Source of the DNA: an uncultured delta proteobacterium
GTDB taxonomy: Bacteria; Myxococcota; UBA727; VGSZ01
Assembly (NCBI GenBank): GCA_963775425.1
Contig: CAVZJB010000014.1
Location: 160,001 to 224,000 of the forward strand
DNA: 64,000 nt
Direction of reading: 5' to 3'
Of this stretch, positions 1-8,042 are shown piece by piece. The notes beneath the pieces were generated by a model. That model did not search any database and had not been told where the DNA came from. It saw nothing but the letters and a program-made list of their open reading frames with translations. Position 1 is the stretch's first letter. Each line of letters starts with the position of its first letter. A program made the translations under genes and the position numbers.

Positions 1-1
1 C

Positions 2-1177
2 AGGGCCGGCGGCGGCAGCCTCGCGGTGCTCCTCGGCTTCACGGGCATCATCCTCGTCGCCACCGCGGTGATCTCACCGTTCCTGTTTCGCACCGAGGTG
101 GCCCACGGGCAGGCGGTGTCGGCGCAGGCGACGCACCCGAACACGTACGTCGTGACCACGTCGCACAAGCCGCGCCCGTGGCGCCCGGCGCCGTACGCCT
201 ACGCCGGGCACGCCCCCGCCGCGCCCGCGTACGTCGCGCCGGCCTACGCCGCCCCGGCCTACGCGGAGCCGCCGGTCAACCACGCGCCGCCGGCGAAGCC
301 CGACGTCGACCGCTGCGATCCCGCGCAGAACGCCGGCGCGCTGCTCGACCCTTCGTGCCTGCAGAAGCTCCACGGCGCTTCGCCCGCGCCGGTGGCGCAG
401 GCCGCGCCGGCCGCGCACGGCGCGCCCGCCACCATCATCCACGTCGACGACGACCTCCCGACCGCCCCGGTGGCCGTCGGCGACGTCGTCGCCCACGGCG
501 GCCACGCGGGCGGCGTGACGAGGGGCGCCGGTGCCGCGACAGCGGGCGGCGCGTTCGCGGGGGGCGCGACGGGCGGCGCGGTGACGACGGGCGGCGCGGC
601 GACGACGGGCGGCGCGGCGAGGTCGAGCCCGGCGCCGGGCGAGGCGATGCCTTCGAGCGATCTCGGCGGCGACGCGGCCGGTGTGCCCGCGCCCGACATG
701 GATCGCGCCGCGGAGCACGGCGTCGAGGCCGCGCGCATCGGGCTGTCCGTGATGGGGTGGCTGGTGGTGCTCCTCGGCATGGTGCTGGCGCTGGCGCTGT
801 TCTTCCGTCCCGTGCGGCGCGCGGTGCTGTTGCGGCACCTCGAGCAGCCGCTGTGGCGGACGACGCCGACGCGGCGGGTGGAGAACCTCTGGCTGCGAGC
901 GCTCGTCGCGCTCGACGACCTCGGCATCCACGCGCGCGGCGACGAGACGCCCGAGGCGTTCGCGGCGCGCGCCCGCGAGGAGATCGGCGTGGGCGCGGGA
1001 GGGCTGGTGGCGGCGGCGAAGATCGTCGAGCGCGTGTCCTACGCGGGCCGCGGGCTCTCTCCCGACGAGGAGCAGCGCATGCGCGCGGCGGTGCGCGTCT
1101 TCCTCGCGGAGGCCGGTCGTCGCCTCGGCTGGTTCCGCCGCGTCGCCTGCGCGTGGAGCGGCGTCCGCGTCGCCTGA
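2..1177 (+). CDS. Membrane protein with Pro/Ala/Gly-rich linker and C-terminal DUF4129-like domain (5' end lies outside the window)
   Basis: Frame is open from the window edge. TM helices flank a low-complexity linker. The C-terminal 'LGIHARGDETPEAFAAR...VERVSYAG' pattern is DUF4129-like. Confidence 0.6.
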   Translation, partial: RAGGGSLAVLLGFTGIILVATAVISPFLFRTEVAHGQAVSAQATHPNTYVVTTSHKPRPWRPAPYAYAGHAPAAPAYVAPAYAAPAYAEPPVNHAPPAKPDVDRCDPAQNAGALLDPSCLQKLHGASPAPVAQAAPAAHGAPATIIHVDDDLPTAPVAVGDVVAHGGHAGGVTRGAGAATAGGAFAGGATGGAVTTGGAATTGGAARSSPAPGEAMPSSDLGGDAAGVPAPDMDRAAEHGVEAARIGLSVMGWLVVLLGMVLALALFFRPVRRAVLLRHLEQPLWRTTPTRRVENLWLRALVALDDLGIHARGDETPEAFAARAREEIGVGAGGLVAAAKIVERVSYAGRGLSPDEEQRMRAAVRVFLAEAGRRLGWFRRVACAWSGVRVA

Positions 1178-1464
1178 AACGTCGGCGCGCAAGAACCGCT
1201 GCAGGTTGTGAGGAAACGGCGGGTCCGAGCGGTGTTGTGATCCCGCTATCAGCGCACGTCGCGGGTTCGTGCGGGTCGTGTGCGCGCCGACGTGCCTCGA
1301 TGCGACGTCGGCGCGGACTTCAGGCGGTGAGCTTGTCGAACGCGGCGCCGTGATTGTGCCTGGGCGCAAGCCCTGAGCACGTGCCACCGCTCGAGGTGCT
1401 CGAGGTGGCTCGCCGCTTTCATCCCATCTCGTGGGCACCGGCAACGTCCGCGTGCCTTTCCGAC

Positions 1465-1529
1465 GCGGGGGACAAGCCCCCGCCCTACGCCGCGTAGGGC
1501 GGGGGACAAGCCCCCGCCCTACGCGGCGT
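1465..1529. repeat. GTAG-type REP-like palindromic element (one full and one partial copy)
   Basis: GCGGGGGACAAGCCCCCGCCCTACG occurs twice. 1487-1505 and 1511-1529 form a perfect 19-bp inverted repeat around ACAAG, including GTAGGG...CCCTAC. Confidence 0.75.
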
Positions 1530-1734
1530 CGACGCAGCCGACGTCAAGCCCCGCAGGGTCGTCGACGTCGCCGACGTCGCGAATGGACTGTTCGTGCCGC
1601 GCCGAGGCGTCGGCGCCGACGGATCACGGTGCGCGTCACCTTTGAGCTGAGCGGCGTTACGACATTCGCGGCGGCACGATGTTCGTCGCCGACGACGACG
1701 TCGTGCCCCGCCGCGAATGTCTACCCCGCGCGAC

Positions 1735-1762
1735 TTGTGCGCCGCCGCGCGCGGGATATCCT
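1735..1762 (+). promoter_or_regulatory. Putative sigma70-type promoter of the structured RNA
   Basis: TTGTGC (1735-1740), 16-nt spacer, TATCCT (1757-1762). This predicts a start at ~1769-1771, where the pairing GGAGCA 5' end begins. Confidence 0.5.
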
Positions 1763-1817
1763 GGGGGCTCGGAGCAGACTGAGACTCAGACTGAGTCGAA
1801 GCAGTCGGCGGCGACGG

Positions 1818-1913
1818 GTGGGCGTGTCCGTGGGGGTTCGACTCCCTCCCCCGAAAAGTTCGGGGTGGCGGAACGGCAGACGCGGGGCTCGCAAGGGTCC
1901 TGGATGCGCCCGC
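1818..1913 (+). other. tRNA-like domain 1 (tRNA-Leu-like, opened in the variable arm)
   Basis: T arm GGGGG-TTCGACT-CCCTC (1832-1848). Acceptor CCCCGAA/TTCGGGG closed by AAG. TG, then D arm GCG-GAACGGCAGA-CGC. Anticodon-position hairpin GGGCTC-GCAA-GGGTCC. Confidence 0.8.
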
Positions 1914-2005
1914 AACAACCGGCGTCGACGACGAATTGATGCTTGAGACTTGTGCTCCCAATCTCAGCATCGCCATGGAGGCCGGATCGATCGCCGAGGG
2001 TGACT

Positions 2006-2076
2006 GTGTCCGAGACGCGAGTTCGAATCTCGTCCCCTTCGCCACGAAGGGGTAGCCCAGTGGTAAGGCGCGGCAC
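2006..2076 (+). other. tRNA-like domain 2 (opened at the anticodon stem; acceptor loop contains CCA)
   Basis: T arm GCGAG-TTCGAAT-CTCGT (2017-2033). Acceptor CCCCTTC + G + CCA + C + GAAGGGG (2034-2052). TA, then D arm GCC-CAGTGGTAA-GGC. Anticodon-stem equivalent 2006-2012/2071-2076. Confidence 0.85.
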
Positions 2077-2129
2077 GACAACCTTGAACCTCGGCTACAA
2101 CGCCATCGGCCTCGCGAAGTCATGGCACC

Positions 2130-2171
2130 GCGCCCGGGAGGACGGCTATTCCTCTCGGGCGCCTTTTCTTT
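2130..2171 (+). terminator. Intrinsic terminator / 3' hairpin of the ncRNA
   Basis: 13-bp stem GCGCCCGGGAGGA/TCCTCTCGGGCGC, loop CGGCTAT, followed by CTTTTCTTT. Confidence 0.8.
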
Positions 2172-2226
2172 GCGGCCGCGGTGACGTCACGAGCGCGATG
2201 CGCACCCGGCGCTGTACAATCCGCGC

Positions 2227-3039
2227 ATGCGTTCCCCCATCGCCTTCGCCGGCCTCGCGTTGTCCGCCGTCGTCACCGCGTGCGCCGCTCCCCAGCCGGT
2301 CCCGGAGGCCGTCGCGGGGACGTGCGACAAGGACGCCACCACGCTGTCCGGCACCGTCGACGGGACCGTGTGCGGCAACATCACGGCCAAGGGGTCGCTG
2401 GTCATCCCCGTCGACCAGACGCTCACCATCACCAAGGGCTCGGTGCTCGTCATGCCCGACGGCGCGAGCATCGAGATCGACGGCACGCTCGCCGTCACCG
2501 GCGAAGACGGCGCGCCCGTGACGCTGACGTCGGAGACCAACTGGGACGGCATCGGCGTCGCCGGCACCTTCACCGCCACCGGCTTGCACATCGTCGGCAA
2601 CAACGCGGCGCTGTTTCAGTCGTCGGGCAGCGTCAATCTCACCGACAGCGAGGTCGACCTCGGCCACGCCGGCTTCTCCCCCGACTGCACCACCTTCGCC
2701 GGCGGCACCGTCACCTACGATCACGTGCACATCCATGGGTGCCACTGCCCGATGCACATCGCGGCCTCCGACGGCGTCACCGTGACCAACTCCATCCTCG
2801 ACGGCGCCGCCGACCCCATCATGATCTCGAGCGCCACGGCCGCGGTGCACCACTCGCACCTCATCGCCGGCGACGTGCCCATCGACGACATCGGCAGCGG
2901 CATCGACGCCGACGTCTCCGGCAACTACTACGGCGGCGGCGCGCCCAACATCCGCACCGACGACGAGAGCCAGTTCCAGGGCGCCGGCGACTTCTCCAGC
3001 TCGCCCTTCGACGACGCCGGGCCCCGCTTCGCCCTCTGA
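2227..3039 (+). CDS. Lipoprotein with probable right-handed beta-helix (pectin-lyase-like) repeats
   Basis: Lipobox VTAC. 'LTITKGSVLVM..IEIDGTLAVTG...PVTLTS..WDGI' resembles beta-helix surface proteins. TACAAT at 2215-2220 just upstream. Confidence 0.65.
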   Translation: MRSPIAFAGLALSAVVTACAAPQPVPEAVAGTCDKDATTLSGTVDGTVCGNITAKGSLVIPVDQTLTITKGSVLVMPDGASIEIDGTLAVTGEDGAPVTLTSETNWDGIGVAGTFTATGLHIVGNNAALFQSSGSVNLTDSEVDLGHAGFSPDCTTFAGGTVTYDHVHIHGCHCPMHIAASDGVTVTNSILDGAADPIMISSATAAVHHSHLIAGDVPIDDIGSGIDADVSGNYYGGGAPNIRTDDESQFQGAGDFSSSPFDDAGPRFAL

Positions 3040-3052
3040 CCCGCGGTCACGC

Positions 3053-3787
3053 TCACCCGAGGAGGTACTCGAAGAGGGCCGCGCCCACGCGGGCCTCCGG
3101 CGCCTCCTGGGCGTTTGCTTCCTCGCGCGCGTAGCGCACGGCCTTGATGACCTTCTCGACGCGTTCGAGCACCTCGGTCTTTCTCCGCACCGGCAGCGCT
3201 CCCGACTGCTTCACCGTGTCCCAGTGCCCGATGACGACGTCCTCGGTGATGAGCTGCGTCTGCGCGGGGTGCTCCTTGGTGGCGTCGTAGAGCACGATGG
3301 GCTTCTGCACCTTCTTGGTGCGCGCGGTCTTCGAGGTGTCGCTCTTGTAGAGGTTGGCCTGCTCGTCGAAGCGCCACTCCTCGGCGGGGTCGAGCGTGGG
3401 CAGGTTGTGCACGAAGGTCTGCACGTCGTTGAGCTGCTTCTCGAGGAACAGCAGGTACGTGGCCGGCGCTTGCTTCACGAGCACCTTGCCGTCGACGACG
3501 ACGTCGGCCTTGGCGGAGCAGTTGGCCCAGTCCTTGGCGGCGGTGACGTCGAACAGCTCCGCGAGCAGGCGGCCGAGCGACTGCAGCATCTCGCGCGCGT
3601 TCATCTGGACCCGCGAGCTCTCGGGAGGGAACTGCTCGCCGTCCTCTTCCTTGGGCTTGTACGCCTTGGCGAAGCCGTTGAAGAGCGCGGGCTTCTGCGC
3701 GGCCGCGTTCATGGTGGTGACCTCGCCGTAGACGCGCGACTTGACGCCCTTCTCGACGGCGAGCACCTGGTTGAGCTTCTGGGTCAT
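3053..3787 (-). CDS. Conserved uncharacterised helical protein, 244 aa (recalled as DUF7873-type)
   Basis: GAGGT RBS before ATG 3787. Motifs KLNQVLAVEKGVKS, LFDVTAAKDWANC, YLLFLEKQL, ATKEHPAQ and AREEAN match a family I recall from Actinobacteria, Cyanobacteria and phages. Confidence 0.85.
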   Translation of the reverse strand: MTQKLNQVLAVEKGVKSRVYGEVTTMNAAAQKPALFNGFAKAYKPKEEDGEQFPPESSRVQMNAREMLQSLGRLLAELFDVTAAKDWANCSAKADVVVDGKVLVKQAPATYLLFLEKQLNDVQTFVHNLPTLDPAEEWRFDEQANLYKSDTSKTARTKKVQKPIVLYDATKEHPAQTQLITEDVVIGHWDTVKQSGALPVRRKTEVLERVEKVIKAVRYAREEANAQEAPEARVGAALFEYLLG

Positions 3788-3856
3788 GGCGAATACCTCG
3801 GGCGTAGTGAACGTCGTTTCCGTGGAAGAAGCAAGCCGGAGGGCGTCGCTCGAACC

Positions 3857-4231
3857 ATGAAGATCGCCGCCGTCGACGTCGACTACCGCGACGGCCACGC
3901 CGTGGCCGCCTGCGTGACGTTCTCCGCCTGGGGCGCCGCCGCGCCGGAGCAGGAGCGCACCGCCCGCGTCGACGGCGTCGCTCCCTACGAGCCGGGCGCC
4001 TTCTACAAGCGGGAGCTGCCGTGCCTGCTCGCGGTGCTCGAGGGCGTCGCCGCCGACGTCGTCGTCGTCGACGGCTACGTGCAGCTCGACGGCGGCCGGC
4101 CGGGCCTGGGCGCGCATCTGCACGCGGCGCTCGCGGGGCCGGCGGTGGTCGGCGTCGCCAAGAGCGCGTTCGCGTGTGCCGCACGGCCCGCGCCGTGTGA
4201 GCGGCCGCGCGACCCGATCTTCGCGCCCTGA
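3857..4231 (+). pseudogene. Endonuclease V-like protein, C-terminally truncated (124 aa)
   Basis: AVDVDY, PYEPGAFYKRELP, VVVDGY, PGLGAH and VGVAK motifs are present. Homology appears to end right after VAK. Confidence 0.65.
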
Positions 4232-4286
4232 GCCCCTGTAGGCGCGCCCGATCCGTGGTAGCAGGCGGCACACGGAGGATCACACC

Positions 4287-5873
4287 ATGGCCGACAGCCG
4301 CGCTCTCTGGGATCGTTTCAAGAACCAGTTCTTCGCCGACGACCACCTCGGCTTCTCCATCGACGTGTCGCGCATGGATCTCGACGACGCGTTCTTCGCG
4401 TCCAACGACGCCGCCTGCAAGAAGGCGCTCGAGGACATGAAGAAGCTCGAGAGCGGCGCCATCGCCAACCCCGACGAGAAGCGCATGGTCGGCCACTATT
4501 GGCTGCGCAACTCCACGCTCGCGCCCAAGCCCGAGGTGCGCGCCGAGATCGAGGACACGCTCGCCAAGATCCACCGCTTCGCCGCCGACGTGCACACCGG
4601 CAAGATCCGCAACGAGCACGGCGACACCTTCGAGAACGTGCTCACCGTCGGCATCGGCGGCAGCGCCCTCGGCCCCGAATTCGTCTCCGACGCGCTGAGC
4701 TCGGTCACCGACCGCATGCGCCCGTTCTTCTTCGACAACACCGACCCCGACGGCCTCGATCGCGTCCTCGAGCACATCGAGGGAAACGGCGGCATGGCCC
4801 GCACGCTCACCGTCGTCATCAGCAAGAGCGGCGGCACCAAGGAGACGCGCAACGGCATGCTCGAGGCGCAGGCGGCGTACCGCGCGGCGGGCCTCGATCC
4901 CGCGCGTCACATGGTCGCCGTCACCGGCGACGGCAGTCAGCTCGACACCGTCGCCCTCGGCGAGAAGTGGATCACCCGCTTCCCGATGTGGGACTGGGTC
5001 GGCGGCCGCACCTCGGAGCTGTGCGCGGTCGGCCTCGTGCCCGCGGCGCTCCAGGGCATCAACATCGAGGGCATGCTCAAGGGCGCCCGCATGATGGACG
5101 AGCTCACGCGCAACACCGACGTGAGGAAGAACCCCGCCATGCTCATGGCCCTGTCGTGGCTCAAGGCCACCGAGGGCAAGGGCAAGAAGGACCTCGTGGT
5201 GCTGCCGTACAAGGACCGCCTGGTGCTGCTGTCCAAGTACCTCCAGCAGCTCCTCATGGAGTCGCTCGGCAAGGAGAAGGACCTCGACGGCAACGTCGTG
5301 CATCAGGGCATCGCCGTCTACGGCAACAAGGGCTCCACCGATCAGCACGCGTACGTGCAGCAGTTGCGCGACGGCGTGCCCAACTTCTTCGTCACCTTCA
5401 TCGAGGTGCTCAAGGAGCGCGCGGGCACGTCCATCGAAGTGGAGTCCGGCGTGACGTCGGGTGACTACCTGTTCGGCTTCTTGATGGGCACGCGCCGCGC
5501 GCTCTACGAGGGTGGCCGCCACAGCATCTGCATCAGCATCGACGAGGTCACGCCCCACCGCGTCGGCTCCCTGATCGCGCTGTATGAGCGCGCCGTGGGC
5601 TTCTACGCCACGTTCGTGAACATCAACGCGTACCACCAGCCCGGCGTCGAGGCCGGCAAGAAGGCGGCTCAGGCGGTGATCACGCTGCAGGGCAAGGTGC
5701 TCACGGGCCTCAAGAGCGCCAAAGAGGGCACCACCGCCGAGAAGCTCGCCGACGCCATCGGCGAGGGCGGCGAGGTGGAGACGGTCTTCAAGACCCTCGA
5801 GCACCTCGTGGCCAACGGGCGCGCGCGCAAGACCAAGGGCGCCTCGCCCTTCGACGCGCGCTACTCCGTCTGA
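4287..5873 (+). CDS. pgi: Glucose-6-phosphate isomerase
   Basis: [46 protein letters not shown]. Confidence 0.97.
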   Translation: MADSRALWDRFKNQFFADDHLGFSIDVSRMDLDDAFFASNDAACKKALEDMKKLESGAIANPDEKRMVGHYWLRNSTLAPKPEVRAEIEDTLAKIHRFAADVHTGKIRNEHGDTFENVLTVGIGGSALGPEFVSDALSSVTDRMRPFFFDNTDPDGLDRVLEHIEGNGGMARTLTVVISKSGGTKETRNGMLEAQAAYRAAGLDPARHMVAVTGDGSQLDTVALGEKWITRFPMWDWVGGRTSELCAVGLVPAALQGINIEGMLKGARMMDELTRNTDVRKNPAMLMALSWLKATEGKGKKDLVVLPYKDRLVLLSKYLQQLLMESLGKEKDLDGNVVHQGIAVYGNKGSTDQHAYVQQLRDGVPNFFVTFIEVLKERAGTSIEVESGVTSGDYLFGFLMGTRRALYEGGRHSICISIDEVTPHRVGSLIALYERAVGFYATFVNINAYHQPGVEAGKKAAQAVITLQGKVLTGLKSAKEGTTAEKLADAIGEGGEVETVFKTLEHLVANGRARKTKGASPFDARYSV

Positions 5874-5910
5874 GTCGCGCCGAGGGGCACGGGGTGAGGC
5901 CGCCCCCGCG

Positions 5911-6672
5911 TCACGTCGGCTCTCCGATGAGCCACGTGACGCGGATGGGCAGCCTCCCGCGCGGCGTGCGCCCGACGGTGAAGCGATAGCGGTCGGTCTT
6001 CACCTCCGCGGCGAGCGCGCGCAGCTCGTCGAGGGAGTACGCGCGCATACACGAGGCCAGGCCGTCCCAGCCCGTGGCCAACGGGATGACGGGGAGCGCG
6101 TAGGTGAGCGCGAGCTGAAGCGCCGTCGGCCGCGAAAAAGGGGCGAGCGCGAGCACGGCGAGCGGGACGCCGGCGATGACGGCGACCGTCGCCGGGTCGC
6201 GCTCCACCACCTCGAGGATGCACAGCGGTCGTCGCTTGCGCGCCGCGTCCTCGAGGATTCTTCGGGCTTGCGCGGGCCGGAAGTGGTGGAAGGCGTTGAA
6301 CAGCGTGCGCACGCCTTCGAGAGAGTCGGGCACGTCGGTGGCGTCGACGGACGTGCGGTTGCCGCGGAGGCGGCCGGAGAAGCGTCGCTCGAGCGCCTCG
6401 AAGGCGGCGACGTTCGGGTAGAGATCGGTGAGCACGGCCTCCACGCCGTCGAGCTTCTCGAGGATGGACGCGAGGGGCCCGCCGCCGCCGGAGCACAGGT
6501 CCACGATCTGCGTGGCGCGGTGGCGCTCGACGAGGTCACGCACGACGGGCGCGGCGTCGTCGAAGACGTGGAGCCGCTCGGCGCTCACGCGGAGAAAGCC
6601 CGTGAGCGCGTCTCGCAGCGCGCTGGGGAACCAGGCCTCGTCTTCGAGCTCGGGGACGTGAAGGCGCCGCAA
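5911..6672 (-). CDS. Class I SAM-dependent methyltransferase-like protein
   Basis: IVDLCSGGGGP, LTDLYPN, FNAFHHF. Confidence 0.8.
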   Translation of the reverse strand: MRRLHVPELEDEAWFPSALRDALTGFLRVSAERLHVFDDAAPVVRDLVERHRATQIVDLCSGGGGPLASILEKLDGVEAVLTDLYPNVAAFEALERRFSGRLRGNRTSVDATDVPDSLEGVRTLFNAFHHFRPAQARRILEDAARKRRPLCILEVVERDPATVAVIAGVPLAVLALAPFSRPTALQLALTYALPVIPLATGWDGLASCMRAYSLDELRALAAEVKTDRYRFTVGRTPRGRLPIRVTWLIGEPT

Positions 6673-6719
6673 GAGCCGCGATGTTCACGTGAAAGGGCGC
6701 GGCGTGGCAATGTGCCCGC

Positions 6720-8042
6720 ATGACCGACGTCCTGATGGTGCTTGTCCTCGTCGTCTTCCACGGCTGCTTCGCGGGCGCCGAAATCGCAGTGGTGTCCTTG
6801 CGAAAGACCCGCCTGCGGCAGCTCGTCGAGGCCGGTAGCGGCCTGGCGCGTTCGTTGGAGAAGCTGCGCGAGCGGCCGGAGCGCTTCCTCGCCACGGTGC
6901 AGATCGGCATCACGGTCATCGGCACCATGTTGGCGTCGCGCGGCGTGCCCACGTTCGAGCGCCTCATCCTGCCGCACCTCGAGCACGTGTCTTTCCTCGA
7001 GGAGTCGTGGGCCCTCGTCCTCGCCAACGCGTTCGGCGTCGTGGTGGTGGCGTACCTCGAGCTCGTGTTCGCCGAGCTGGTGCCCAAGTCGATCGCGCTG
7101 CGCAAGTCCGAGGCGGTGTCGCTCATCGTGAGCCGCCCGCTCTTGTTGTTGTCGTCGGTGGCCAAGCCCGCCATCTGGTTCCTCGAGGGCTCGTCCAACA
7201 TCGTGCTGCGCGCGTTCGGTGACCGCACCACCTTCTCCGAGTCGCGCCTGTCCCCCGAGGAGATCATGCAGGCGCTCGAGGAGTCGGGCCGCGCGGGCGT
7301 GCTCGACCAGAGCGCCTCGGACATCGCCGTGCGCGCCATCGAGCTCGACGGGCTCACGGCCGCCGACGTCATGGTTCCGCGCAACCGCGTCGTCGCGCTC
7401 GAGCGCACGGCGCCCGCCAACGAGGTGCGCAAGGCCTTCCAGGACCGCGCGTACCAGCGGCTGCCGGTGTACGAGGACAACCTCGACAACGTGATCGGTT
7501 ATGTCTCCACCAAGGACGTGCTCGCCGTCTCGCTCGACAAGGGCCCGCTCTCCATCGACGAGCTGCTGCGTCCCCCCACGTTCTATCCGGAGGCCATGCG
7601 CGCGCTCGCCGTGTTGCGCGACATGCAGAAGAACCACGTGAACATGGCCATCGTCGTCGACGAGCGCGGCGGCATGGCGGGCATCCTGACGATGGAGGAC
7701 CTCCTCGAGGAGCTCGTCGGCGACATCTTCTCGGAGGACGACCGCGGCGGGCCCGCCCCCGTGCGCCTGCGCCCCGACGGCAGCGCGTGGGTGCTCGGCA
7801 CCACGCCCATCCGTGAGGTGAACCGCGCCCTCGACATCGACCTGCCCGAGGGCGAGCTGTGGGCCACCATCGCCGGCTACTGCATCGCCCTCGCCGGCCA
7901 CATCCCGGCGCCGGGTGAGCGCGTCGTGACCGAGGACGGCACCATCCTCGAAGTGCTCGAGTCCACCCCGCGGCGCATCCGCACCATCCGCCTGGTGCGC
8001 GCGCCCCGCGAGGACGCGCAGGACTCCGAGGATGAGACGTGA
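6720..8042 (+). CDS. HlyC/CorC (CNNM-CBS-CorC) family transporter
   Basis: FLATVQIGIT, ELVPKSIA, DVMVPR, AIVVDERGG..GILTMEDLLEELVGDI. Confidence 0.92.
   Translation: MTDVLMVLVLVVFHGCFAGAEIAVVSLRKTRLRQLVEAGSGLARSLEKLRERPERFLATVQIGITVIGTMLASRGVPTFERLILPHLEHVSFLEESWALVLANAFGVVVVAYLELVFAELVPKSIALRKSEAVSLIVSRPLLLLSSVAKPAIWFLEGSSNIVLRAFGDRTTFSESRLSPEEIMQALEESGRAGVLDQSASDIAVRAIELDGLTAADVMVPRNRVVALERTAPANEVRKAFQDRAYQRLPVYEDNLDNVIGYVSTKDVLAVSLDKGPLSIDELLRPPTFYPEAMRALAVLRDMQKNHVNMAIVVDERGGMAGILTMEDLLEELVGDIFSEDDRGGPAPVRLRPDGSAWVLGTTPIREVNRALDIDLPEGELWATIAGYCIALAGHIPAPGERVVTEDGTILEVLESTPRRIRTIRLVRAPREDAQDSEDET

Larger units (their letters stand above)
1771..2171 (+). ncRNA. Large structured ncRNA with two circularly permuted tRNA-like domains (Y RNA/YrlA-like topology)
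   Basis: Nested helices 1804-1810/1923-1929, 1818-1829/1902-1913, 1938-1948/1962-1971, 1972-1977/2121-2126, 1978-1984/2107-2113, 1993-1999/2089-2095. Two T loops (TTCGACT, TTCGAAT) each precede a D arm. Flanked by promoter and terminator, with no convincing ORF. Confidence 0.8.

Noticed and set aside
1972-2126. Two-piece (permuted) tmRNA
   Set aside because: No G3-U70 or A73 alanine identity, a full D stem is present, and no tag reading frame ending in a typical ..AA follows the 5' half.
1771-2171. Ordinary tRNA genes, or tRNA fragments marking an integration site
   Set aside because: The halves are in reversed order and pair across a closed acceptor loop, and neither has a 7-nt anticodon loop. 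Joining the D half of domain 1 to the T half of domain 2 gives a mismatched acceptor stem. No integrase is nearby.
1431-2521. ORFs 1431-1946, 1485-2123, 1679-1939, 1786-2076 and 1943-2521
   Set aside because: Arg/Ser/Pro-rich, no RBS or homology cues. Better explained as chance frames over the ncRNA and REP region.
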